Of a stretch of 28,484 bases of DNA, positions 8,621-16,705 are shown in pieces. The translations under genes were made by a program, and so were the position numbers. Position 1 is the first letter of the stretch. Each line of letters opens with the position of its first letter. Under the pieces are notes generated by a model. That model ran no database searches. It was not told where the DNA came from and saw nothing but the letters and a program-made list of their open reading frames with translations. The stretch covers positions 1 to 28,484 of the IMG/VR virus record IMGVR_UViG_3300020043_000805; one strand, given 5' to 3'. The stretch is from a virus. Taxonomy: Duplodnaviria; Caudoviricetes.

Positions 8621-8872
8621 TCACAGCTCCGCTAATTTTTGACGTAGTTGATCGATTTGTAGTTCAATATCTGCAAGCCAGCCGTTGTCTGTACCTAAAA
8701 TAGCTTCACGGGTTCTACGAGGTGTAATCGTTGCTTCAATTGCTGCAATTTCAGCCTTAATTAACATTTTAGGTTGCTCTTTTGCGTAGACTGCTTGTTC
8801 CTCAGCCCATTTTATTTCTTCTTCTGGTGTAAAAGGAATGTTACCTTCTGATGTTGCGTGATAGTTTGGCAT
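8621..8872 (-). CDS. Putative tail-fibre assembly chaperone
   Basis: 83 aa, IPFTPEEE...AEIAAIEATITPRRTREAILG...IDQLRQKL; directly follows a fibre gene. Confidence 0.6.
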   Translation of the reverse strand: MPNYHATSEGNIPFTPEEEIKWAEEQAVYAKEQPKMLIKAEIAAIEATITPRRTREAILGTDNGWLADIELQIDQLRQKLAEL

Positions 8873-8881
8873 AATATAACC

Positions 8882-10312
8882 TTATGATTTAGAAACGCCG
8901 TAAAGACGAAATGTTCCAGATAAAATAGTCCCAGACGAAGCATAAAATTGAATTCCCGTCATAGCAGACGCAGTGGTGGTGTTCCACCCTCCACTACTAA
9001 TTATTTCTGCTTCACTGGTTGCTCGACACACACCAAATACATCAATCGTTTTTTCATTGCTAGTAGATGCAGGGCTGTGTATATTTACGTTGAAGCTTGT
9101 TGGGCGATTATTTCTAAGATAATTTCCGCTAAATAGTCTTATTTCATTTAGCAGAGTTCCTGGATCAATAGATGATCTGTATGTAGCTGTAGTCAAATAA
9201 CTGCCGCCAATCTTCATTCTTACCATTAAATTAACGGAATCTGTAGTTGTATAAAGGTTTGTTACTTTTAACACATATTCATCGTATGTCGCGTTAAATG
9301 TAGTTTCAATATCTACTGTAGCTGAAGAAGATGCGGTAACAGTAGAAAGAAAAACAAGCGCACCAGATGCAGATGATGGTGTACCCCATGTAGGCGCACC
9401 TGCACCCGAAGATGTTAAAACTTGACCCGATGTCCCAGCAGCAAGCATGGCTGTTGTGCCAGACGCTGATTGATATGGAATTGTACCTGCGCTACCAGAA
9501 GCTAGGTTTGTAGCTGTAGTTGCCGTGCCTGTCGTATTTTGATTAAGCGTCGGGAATGTACAATTAGATAAATCACCGCTGGTAGGAGTTCCTAAAATAG
9601 GCGCAATTAAAGTTGGCGTGTTATTAAATACATTTACGCCTGTACCAGTTTCATCAGTTAATGCCGCTGCTAAATTAGCACTAGATGGTGTTGAAAGAAA
9701 TGTATCTACGTTTGTCCCAAACTGCGTAGAATTAAACGCAATATTCCCCGTCATCGTGCCGCCAGTGGTTGGCAAGTAACCAGTTACTGATAATGATTGA
9801 AAGCTAGGAGGCGTGCTTCCCCCATTAGAGGTATATACATACCCTGCTGTACTTGCTGGAGCCAAATTAGTTGCAACAGCTGGGGTAATCTCAACAAAGT
9901 CAGAACCATTCCAAGCTACTATAGATGTTTTACCTGAAAGAATTGTCACACCTGTTGTAGGTCCAGCGCCTACGATTTTAACTGACCGAGAGGTGGATGT
10001 TGCATTGATAACAACATAGGTTTTATCTGTTGCTGGGGCAGTGATAGTCAACAAACTTGCAGGGGAACCTGTACAACGAATAATCTGATACTGTGAGGAA
10101 CCCGAACTTCCTGACCCTACTTGACTTAGACTTGAACCTGTCGTTTTAGATAATGTAACCGCTGTCGAACTACCGCTAATAACTTGCGCTCCCGCAATAG
10201 AAGAATCTAAGTAGTTAGTGATATAGTTATTAACTGTATCCCCCCAAGTACCAGAAAGCTCCCCTGTAACGGGTAGGGCTAACCCTAAAAGTGATGTATA
10301 TGATGTTGTCAT
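8882..10312 (-). CDS. Tail fibre / receptor-binding protein
   Basis: 476 aa S/T/G-rich; N-term anchor LGLALPVTGELSGTWGDTVN, shaft motifs LPTTGGTMTG and GTSGQVLTSSGAGAPTW, C-term tip GALVFLSTVTASSS...GIQFYASSGTILSGTFRLYG. Confidence 0.8.
   Translation of the reverse strand: MTTSYTSLLGLALPVTGELSGTWGDTVNNYITNYLDSSIAGAQVISGSSTAVTLSKTTGSSLSQVGSGSSGSSQYQIIRCTGSPASLLTITAPATDKTYVVINATSTSRSVKIVGAGPTTGVTILSGKTSIVAWNGSDFVEITPAVATNLAPASTAGYVYTSNGGSTPPSFQSLSVTGYLPTTGGTMTGNIAFNSTQFGTNVDTFLSTPSSANLAAALTDETGTGVNVFNNTPTLIAPILGTPTSGDLSNCTFPTLNQNTTGTATTATNLASGSAGTIPYQSASGTTAMLAAGTSGQVLTSSGAGAPTWGTPSSASGALVFLSTVTASSSATVDIETTFNATYDEYVLKVTNLYTTTDSVNLMVRMKIGGSYLTTATYRSSIDPGTLLNEIRLFSGNYLRNNRPTSFNVNIHSPASTSNEKTIDVFGVCRATSEAEIISSGGWNTTTASAMTGIQFYASSGTILSGTFRLYGVSKS
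9744..9765. repeat. 22-nt exact direct repeat ttccccgtcatcgtgccgccag, copy 1 (encodes GGTMTG on the minus strand)
   Basis: Identical to 16170-16191; 9731-9766 also matches 16226-16261 at 32/36 nt. Confidence 0.95.
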
Positions 10313-10321
10313 GTTTTTAAC

Positions 10322-11161
10322 CTAGTTTGTAATGATGGGTGTCCAATTTGGGTCTTGTGATGCGGTAATTGATGTCCAGTTAGCAGTCTGTGTATCATCT
10401 ATAAGCTCCCATAAAAAACGAGCGGTGACGGAGTCAATTGTATAAACTGTTTCATTTATTGTAATTGAATATACCACATTAGAACTAACTACGTCAGTAG
10501 CACTGTTTGGCTCTATTATATCAACTAAGAATGAAGCTAAAGCTAGTTGAGAATCGCTTGTAGTTATACTTTCTAATATATCAACAAATACAGATAATCC
10601 ACCAATTAACGTGTCAGTAGCTGTAGCTGCTTCTGTTAGGTCACACTCAATATCTAAGGTAGTTGTTTGTGTGTCACTAGCTGTAGCAGACTCGGTTAAA
10701 TTACCTGCAAATAACAGTCCAGCGATTACAGATGAATTTGCAGTTACAGACTCTGCCGCATCTACACTTATTGATATTACTGCGGTTTGGTCATCTAATA
10801 AAGTAGATAACTCTGTTAAGTCACTCGGTATGGATAAGGTGCATAAAATGCTATCTAATGAGGTAATTGTCTCTGTAATTTGCGCTAAAGCAGATAAGTT
10901 ATTTACCTGACTATCAACGGCAGTAACGCTCTCTGATATTACTGTTGAATAAACTATATAAGCATTCTGTGCATCTGAAGCGGATACTGTCTCTGCAATT
11001 ATACTACTTGGTGTACCTCCCCACGCATCTTGCCCCCATGTACCATATCCCCATGTGCCAGGATTAAGAACAATACCTACTAAATCAGACGGTGCTTTTA
11101 AACTGCTAGCCAACCCAAAATTAATTGGGTTCATTATTCCTAAACTTGATATTAAAGGCAT
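10322..11161 (-). CDS. Virion protein with ten 20-aa E-x5-D repeats (putative fibre ruler/core)
   Basis: Glu every 20 residues from aa 57 to 237 (nt 10394-10993), Asp at +6 in 9 of 10 units; N-term WGYGTWGQDAWG; C-term Trp-spaced WELIDDTQTANWTSI...NWTPI. Confidence 0.65.
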   Translation of the reverse strand: MPLISSLGIMNPINFGLASSLKAPSDLVGIVLNPGTWGYGTWGQDAWGGTPSSIIAETVSASDAQNAYIVYSTVISESVTAVDSQVNNLSALAQITETITSLDSILCTLSIPSDLTELSTLLDDQTAVISISVDAAESVTANSSVIAGLLFAGNLTESATASDTQTTTLDIECDLTEAATATDTLIGGLSVFVDILESITTSDSQLALASFLVDIIEPNSATDVVSSNVVYSITINETVYTIDSVTARFLWELIDDTQTANWTSITASQDPNWTPIITN

Positions 11162-11170
11162 AAATAATCC

Positions 11171-12136
11171 TTAAGCAAATTTAGAAACAGCAGCTAAAAC
11201 AGTGAAAGTTGCATTAGCAGTTTTAATAATAGCATAAGTATAAACATCAATTGATGATGCGTTTCCAGAACTTGGTGCTGTTCCACCTTGCCATTTTGGT
11301 GTTACTGTTGTTCCATCTACTTGTACCACATTATTATAAAAAGCAGTTGCCCCATTTGTTACCATAAACGTAATGGTTATAGTTTGCCCTACAGACATTG
11401 CAGTATTTAAAGTTGTCCCTGCTGAATGACGAAGATTTAATGTCCAGTTAGCTGAAGCATTTGTTGTGTAATACATAACAGATTGCGTTGCTGTGTAATA
11501 AGCAATCGTACCAGTAGCCGCAGTAGCAGAAACCGTAGTTGTTTCAGCCGCATTTGCAAAAATAGCCGCTAATGTTGTTGATGTGCCATTAAATGTTTTA
11601 GTTCCTGTAAATGTGCTTGAAACATTTATAACATCAATATTTGCTCCAGCTAAAGTAGTAGCACCTGTACCGCCAGAACCAATTGCTAAAGTAGCTGATA
11701 ACCCTGCGGCTGTACCAGTAGTGTTTTGGTTCCATGTAGGTACAGTACCGCTTAGATTGGCGTAAGTATATCCAGTAGCGTTTGTAAGCGTACCACTAGA
11801 AGGTGTTCCTAAAGGACCGCCTTGGTAAGTTGCTTTTCCAGCAGGGTAGGTAACAAACACATCCTTAGTTCCCGCAGTAAACGTAACTAAGCTACCAGCG
11901 TTACTGGAAGCTAATACTGTGTCACGACTTAATGTATTACCAGATGTTGTATAAGTACCAATCCCTACTTCCCAGTTAGCGCCAGTTTGGTCTGCTATGG
12001 TGTAGTAAGTCGTGTTTGCATTACCTACTGCTGAGGAGAATGTCTGATACCCTGTAGCAGCACCAGCTAAAGTAATAGCGGTAGTGCCTGTAGATGTCGT
12101 TGTTTCCTTAACTCTATCCGCTAAAACTAAAGCCAT
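11171..12136 (-). CDS. Fibre/appendage protein
   Basis: 321 aa T/A/G-rich; N-term MALVLADRVKETTTSTGT...WEVGIGTY...TLSRDTVLASSN, C-term PKWQGGTAPSSGNASSIDVYTYAIIKT. Confidence 0.7.
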   Translation of the reverse strand: MALVLADRVKETTTSTGTTAITLAGAATGYQTFSSAVGNANTTYYTIADQTGANWEVGIGTYTTSGNTLSRDTVLASSNAGSLVTFTAGTKDVFVTYPAGKATYQGGPLGTPSSGTLTNATGYTYANLSGTVPTWNQNTTGTAAGLSATLAIGSGGTGATTLAGANIDVINVSSTFTGTKTFNGTSTTLAAIFANAAETTTVSATAATGTIAYYTATQSVMYYTTNASANWTLNLRHSAGTTLNTAMSVGQTITITFMVTNGATAFYNNVVQVDGTTVTPKWQGGTAPSSGNASSIDVYTYAIIKTANATFTVLAAVSKFA

Positions 12137-12145
12137 ACATCACCC

Positions 12146-12724
12146 CTAAACTGAAGCTGTGTAAGTAACAAGAAGTGAGTCGCCAGATACAACAGCGCGG
12201 CTACCACCAGTAAAACTACCAGCAGAATAGAGAATACCAGCACCGCCATTAGAAGCTGTATTACGAGCTTGTGTTGTACACATAATCGCACCAAGTACAG
12301 TACCTGTACCACTAATCGTAAATGTAGTTGCTGTAGTTGCTTTTGAGCCAGCAGAAGCTGACCCCCAACTTGGTGTTGCTCTGTTTGTTGAACTTCCTGA
12401 AATAGTATAGTCTAAAAACTCAAGCCAACCAGCGTGCGAAGCAAGTGTATCACCCGCCGCGTAAGCACTAAATGAAGCATTGTCTACAAGACCCATGTAC
12501 CACCCTGCGGTATAAGCTGACCCTGAAAAGTATTTATCCAGTAAGTCATTTTTACCCACAGTCACTACTAAGTTTTTAATAGAGTCTTCCCATTTCAAGT
12601 TACCATCTGCATCAAGGCATTTAACTTCGTATGAGCCTGTAATGTTTACTTGTTCATCAGCACTGCCCCCACGGATAAGGTTTACACCTGCTGAGTCTTG
12701 CGCATCTACTTTTTCTGAGTGCAT
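12146..12724 (-). CDS. Small beta-rich virion protein, putative fibre subunit
   Basis: 192 aa; GSYEVKCLDADGNLKWEDSIKNLVVTVGKNDLLD...WYMGLV...RAVVSGDSLLVTYTASV. Confidence 0.6.
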   Translation of the reverse strand: MHSEKVDAQDSAGVNLIRGGSADEQVNITGSYEVKCLDADGNLKWEDSIKNLVVTVGKNDLLDKYFSGSAYTAGWYMGLVDNASFSAYAAGDTLASHAGWLEFLDYTISGSSTNRATPSWGSASAGSKATTATTFTISGTGTVLGAIMCTTQARNTASNGGAGILYSAGSFTGGSRAVVSGDSLLVTYTASV

Positions 12725-12744
12725 ATTTATTACCTAATTATTAG

Positions 12745-13182
12745 TTATGAAAAACATATTAAAGCTGTGTTTGGAGCTGCTATAGGCATCGTAATTGTAA
12801 AAACCCCGTCAGTTGCAGACACATCAAGCCCAAAATTAAGAACCAAAACTGCTTTATTTGACTTAGAGCTATTATAAATCAAAGCGCCTCGCGCTACTAT
12901 ATCTGTACCAGTCCACTCTGCGTTATCGAACGTAATATACGTCTGCGGTCCAGTTTGAGGTTGAGCTACGGTTATAGATTGCCCAGTAAGTATCTCACCG
13001 CCTGTAGTGTACCCAGTAGCCAAAACCTCTCCTGATACAGTGTAAGCTGTTGTGGTAGCCCCAATCTGTGCGTTATCAGTGTAGAGAGCTATTTTAAAAA
13101 CGTCTCCACCAACAGCGGAAAAGTTATGAACCCCTTGAAACAGTTCTTCTCGAAAGCTATTACATAAACATTGGGTAATCAT
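12745..13182 (-). CDS. Small beta-rich virion protein, putative fibre subunit/attachment protein
   Basis: 145 aa; CNSFREELFQGVHNF...FKIALYT...GYTTGG...ARGALIYNSSKSNKAVLVLNFG...FTITMP. Confidence 0.65.
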   Translation of the reverse strand: MITQCLCNSFREELFQGVHNFSAVGGDVFKIALYTDNAQIGATTTAYTVSGEVLATGYTTGGEILTGQSITVAQPQTGPQTYITFDNAEWTGTDIVARGALIYNSSKSNKAVLVLNFGLDVSATDGVFTITMPIAAPNTALICFS

Positions 13183-13190
13183 ATCTTTTC

Positions 13191-13469
13191 CTATTTAACC
13201 GCAATTCTAGTTTGACCAGAACGATAAGCGTCTTGACGTTGTTTACCATCACCAAGTTCTTTTAAGATACCTAGAGCTTCAGTGTACTTTTGATTATATA
13301 AAGTAAGTAGCTCGGTTTCGCCTTTCATATAGGTGTAAGCTTCAACTAACGATCCATACAGTAAGACAGGATCAAAATTATCACCAAGCCAAGTAGTTCC
13401 GGCAGTAACAATAGACTCTGGGTAGTAAAAATAATGTAGCTCAACTTCGTAGTCATCATCGGGCATAGG
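13191..13469 (-). pseudogene. 5'-truncated head-tail adaptor (gatekeeper) gene fragment of the short-tailed phage
   Basis: PMPDDDYEVELHYFYYPESIVTAGTTWLGDNFDPVLLYGSLVEAYTYMKGE...YNQKYTEAL...QDAYRSG matches the remembered C-terminus of ~200-aa adaptor proteins; I find no matching N-terminal half in the window. Confidence 0.65.
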
Positions 13470-13931
13470 ATTGTTTTTTCCAGTAACCCAAGGTTTTGGC
13501 TTTCCTATTTGATACGTTGCTATTTTTAGCTTAGTTTCGTCTGATAGTATTTTACCCTTATTACCAGCTCTAGTATTGTATGTACATAAATCTATAAATA
13601 CGTTTCCTACTTCATACGCACCTAAATCACCTATTCTACACATACAGTATTTACCTTTACCTCGCCCTCTTAAGTGTAATTTATCAGATTTTTCCCAAAT
13701 ATCTAGCCATTCTTCGTATGATAAGTTAAAAGAAATTCCTCGTGTTTTAGCATTACTCTTATGCCGTAAAAATCCACCGTAAGGAGTGCCTTTAAGTTGA
13801 TTTAAGTACGCAAGGTATCTAATTTTTTCACATTTTTTGCAATTGCTTATAGGTCTATTTGTACCTGTGCGTTTTGCAAATTCCAAAATATCTTTTGTTT
13901 CTTTACATTTTGAGCATATTTTTTGTATCAT
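13191..13931 (-). CDS. Chimeric ORF: Zn-finger/HNH-like/NUMOD3 homing endonuclease fused in frame to the C-terminal ~90 aa of a head-tail adaptor
   Basis: Likely start ATG 13931 (AGGTGG SD). CSKC...CKKC, AKTRGISFNLSYEEWLDIW...YCMCRIGDLGAYEVGNVFI...N, LSDETKLKIA...GKNNPM, then abruptly PDDDYEVELHYFYYPESIV. Confidence 0.75.
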   Translation of the reverse strand: MIQKICSKCKETKDILEFAKRTGTNRPISNCKKCEKIRYLAYLNQLKGTPYGGFLRHKSNAKTRGISFNLSYEEWLDIWEKSDKLHLRGRGKGKYCMCRIGDLGAYEVGNVFIDLCTYNTRAGNKGKILSDETKLKIATYQIGKPKPWVTGKNNPMPDDDYEVELHYFYYPESIVTAGTTWLGDNFDPVLLYGSLVEAYTYMKGETELLTLYNQKYTEALGILKELGDGKQRQDAYRSGQTRIAVK

Positions 13932-13960
13932 AGCCACCACCTTTTGTTAAGTAATGGCTA

Positions 13961-13988
13961 AGTATACTATAGTTTACGCTACGCTCAA
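13961..13988 (-). promoter_or_regulatory. Possible sigma70-type promoter for the endonuclease gene
   Basis: Minus strand TTGAGC-16 nt-TATACT, 30 nt upstream of ATG 13931, overlapping the end of the fibre gene. Confidence 0.3.
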
Positions 13989-15857
13989 ATAAATGTAAGA
14001 AGCCCCGTTAATGTTCGTGGTAGTCGATGCTGTTGAACCTAACGTAAAGCCACCTGTTGATGCGTAGACACCATTATTACCTGTGACCTCTGCGGCTGTG
14101 CTGTTGAGTAGCAAATATGGACTTGAGCCGCTTGTTAACCCACGAGCCGAATCGAATGTGTACCAACTACCAGTAGAGTCTGTACGCTTAATTAAAACAA
14201 ATCTTGCACCACCAGAGAATCCACACGCGATAGCTTGCCCTGTTCCATTACCTGTATATGAGCCTACTTTAGATATACCAGCGAGTGTGGCGAATAGGTA
14301 GGCGACAAATGTTTGTGCTGATGCGTTGACGTTTGTAGCGGTTCCGATTGAAAACACGCTTGCTGTTGGTGTTGTATTGTTCCAAGCTGTTGACGATGTA
14401 GTTGGGATTGCTGTTGAGTTTAATACAGAGTATTTTGTATTACCTACCGATGACACATACACCCACCAATTATTTATTGCAGACCGTTCTTTAACAATTA
14501 TCAACTCTGGCACAACAGTCAAATTATGCGCTTGCGTGGTAGCACTCCCAGTCCCCGTATAACAAACCTCATCAAAGAATCCGGGGGCGCGTTTGAAAGT
14601 CCAATTTACTGCTCCTGCTTGTAAAGCAGTAAAACCTGTATTATCCCACCCTTGTGATGAAGCATTTGTATTAGTTTCTGCCGCGCTAGAACTTGTTGTA
14701 ACTGTTAAAGTCGATGCCGCTGTGGGCGTAGTTGACACTCCCCTTAACCTGTCCATCATTGCTGGAAACCCTCCTGCTCCTGCTCTAATTCCCTGTAGTA
14801 ACGCATCTACTGTAAAGCCCGTAGTAACATATCCGGATGCGGCTATACTAGGCAAATAAACCTGCGTCCCCGTTGTAGGCGGCTTGTTTGGCATACGGAT
14901 TGCCATGTAGATAACTGTCATATTTGCGGTAGAACCTACATTAAAACCTGTAGCTTTAAGAGGCGATACACCTAAGCCGTAAGTTGGACCACTACCTTCA
15001 GCATCACTTGTGTCAGCAGTTAATGGGTTATTACCACCAACACCTCTCATTACATCTTGAATACTCCAATTTCCAAGTGCATCTGTTCTTTTCATTAATA
15101 AATATTGTGGCTCCCAACCTAAATTCACAGTTGCATTACCGCTCCCATCCGTTGTAAACGACCCACACTGAATAATCCCAGTTGATGACGTGTCGTGGGC
15201 GTATAAGTAAGCAACGTAAGTGCCACCAGAAGCATTAACCGTTGCATCTGTACCCACAGAAAATACGGAGCTTGTTGGTGCTGTTGAGTTCCATACCGTA
15301 GGTGCTGAGGCTTGTGCATCAGTTAAATTTAACTGTATTGAATACGCGGCTGATGTTAAACTTCTGTGATAAACCCGCCAATTTCCCGTCGTGTCAATAC
15401 GCTTAACAATCACCATTCCCGGAGCAACACCAAGACTATGTGCAATCGTTCTTGCACTGCCTGTCCCCGTATAAGTCACCACATCAAAAAACTTCGCGGC
15501 TTTGCGGAATGTCCATGAAGCATATGTATACGGTGATATATTTGGCCAGCTTGAACCCATTGTAAAACCATTAGAGTTGAAAGCAGTTATGGAATTAGTT
15601 ACAGATGATTCTGATGTTGACGAATCTGTATATAATTCTTTATTAACACCTCTAGCTGTATCGAATAAACGATGAGAACTTGCTAAATCCCTTGGTTTTG
15701 TCCAAACCATCCCACCTTTCCCAGCCAAGTCAATGCCGTTAGTGATGGTTTGCGTTGAGCCGTTGCCAGTATAGAGCCAAGTAGAAAATACGTCATCGAC
15801 GTAGAGCGTTGCGTCTGCGCTGTTACCTGCGGCTTCTTTTAATTTAGTAGATAGCAT
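13974..15857 (-). CDS. Repetitive tail-fibre/receptor-binding protein (tandem YTGNG/YTGTG beta domains)
   Basis: Start moved to ATG 15857 (TAATG overlap with upstream stop). Repeated units FSTWLYTGNGS, FFDVVTYTGTGS, IIQCGSFTTDGS, FFDEVCYTGTGS, SKVGSYTGNGT, each followed by ...K.R...W...D..RG...YxAY-like strands. Confidence 0.75.
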   Translation of the reverse strand: MLSTKLKEAAGNSADATLYVDDVFSTWLYTGNGSTQTITNGIDLAGKGGMVWTKPRDLASSHRLFDTARGVNKELYTDSSTSESSVTNSITAFNSNGFTMGSSWPNISPYTYASWTFRKAAKFFDVVTYTGTGSARTIAHSLGVAPGMVIVKRIDTTGNWRVYHRSLTSAAYSIQLNLTDAQASAPTVWNSTAPTSSVFSVGTDATVNASGGTYVAYLYAHDTSSTGIIQCGSFTTDGSGNATVNLGWEPQYLLMKRTDALGNWSIQDVMRGVGGNNPLTADTSDAEGSGPTYGLGVSPLKATGFNVGSTANMTVIYMAIRMPNKPPTTGTQVYLPSIAASGYVTTGFTVDALLQGIRAGAGGFPAMMDRLRGVSTTPTAASTLTVTTSSSAAETNTNASSQGWDNTGFTALQAGAVNWTFKRAPGFFDEVCYTGTGSATTQAHNLTVVPELIIVKERSAINNWWVYVSSVGNTKYSVLNSTAIPTTSSTAWNNTTPTASVFSIGTATNVNASAQTFVAYLFATLAGISKVGSYTGNGTGQAIACGFSGGARFVLIKRTDSTGSWYTFDSARGLTSGSSPYLLLNSTAAEVTGNNGVYASTGGFTLGSTASTTTNINGASYIYLSVA

Positions 15858-16705
15858 TATGCAGACTTCCCAACCAGCGCACCGTAAAGTGTTGTGCTGA
15901 TTTTCCAAAATACGAGTGTGTTACTTGCACTAAGTGTAGGTGCAGTATTGCCAGCCGCTGTCACCCATGTCGTTGTAGGCCAGTTAATTGTGTATGAGCT
16001 ACCGTTAGTGAGCAGTAAAGAAATGCTTTGACCAGAGGATAAGCTGTCAGTAAATGTGACTGTGCCTGATGCCGCGCATGATAATGTCGTACCTGTAGAC
16101 GGATTTAAAGCAATCGTCCCAGACGTGGCAAGGGTTGCCACCTTCTCTGTATAAGCATCTAGGGTTAAGTTCCCCGTCATCGTGCCGCCAGCTAACGGCA
16201 AAGTTCCCGTAAATGTCTGACCAGCATTAAATACAATGTTACCCGTCATCGTGCCGCCAGTTAACTGCAAATATGAACCTGCTGACGTAACACTGATAGA
16301 CCATGCTGATATTGTTCCACTGCCATTAATTGTTGTTACATTTACAACCAATGATGTTCCTGAGAACGATGTTATTTGCCCAACCATATTATTTGATGGT
16401 GATGCAGTTGATGCAATAATTACATATTGCCCAACAATATATGCTTTTCCAGATTCAACAAGCGTTAATGATTTTGAGCCTGTGCCAATAGCTAAAGATG
16501 TTGTGCTTGTTGAATTTGTTGTTGCGCCACCTAAAACGGTTAATGCTGTATTGACAACATAATTTGCAACGGCAACTTGCTGTGTAAAACATGGCACAAA
16601 TCGCGTTTTCCAACCTCCATCACGCAAACCTGTTGTTGCATTGTTGTCATCGGTAACGGTTGAGCCATCACCTCCAACCGCAACGTCAAATGTAACTGAA
16701 CTCAT
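15857..16705 (-). CDS. Tail fibre protein (proximal/anchor)
   Basis: 282 aa; STSTTSLAIGTGSKSLT...NNMVGQITSFSGTSLVVNVT, two GGTMTG motifs, C-term YTINWPTTTWV...APTL...LVFWK; ATGA overlap with the upstream gene. Confidence 0.75.
   Translation of the reverse strand: MSSVTFDVAVGGDGSTVTDDNNATTGLRDGGWKTRFVPCFTQQVAVANYVVNTALTVLGGATTNSTSTTSLAIGTGSKSLTLVESGKAYIVGQYVIIASTASPSNNMVGQITSFSGTSLVVNVTTINGSGTISAWSISVTSAGSYLQLTGGTMTGNIVFNAGQTFTGTLPLAGGTMTGNLTLDAYTEKVATLATSGTIALNPSTGTTLSCAASGTVTFTDSLSSGQSISLLLTNGSSYTINWPTTTWVTAAGNTAPTLSASNTLVFWKISTTLYGALVGKSA
16170..16261. repeat. Copies 2 and 3 of the GGTMTG-encoding DNA repeat
   Basis: ttccccgtcatcgtgccgccag at 16170-16191; cccgtcatcgtgccgccagt at 16242-16261. 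Confidence 0.95.

Noticed and set aside
13191-13940. Group I intron or intein carrying the endonuclease within the adaptor gene
   Set aside because: No upstream adaptor exon, no room for a ribozyme core, and no intein C1 or HN-C/S/T termini.
13974-15857. Diversity-generating retroelement (TR/VR pair) in the fibre genes
   Set aside because: Internal repeats are protein-level and diverge at all bases, not just adenines; no reverse transcriptase in the window.
16184-16192. Chi-like GCTGGCGG within the shared repeat
   Set aside because: One mismatch from E. coli Chi, complete in only one copy, and the host is unknown.
9744-16261. Invertase-driven tail-fibre shufflon using the 22-nt repeat
   Set aside because: All copies are direct rather than inverted, lack dyad symmetry, and no recombinase gene is present; kept only as a homologous-crossover hypothesis.
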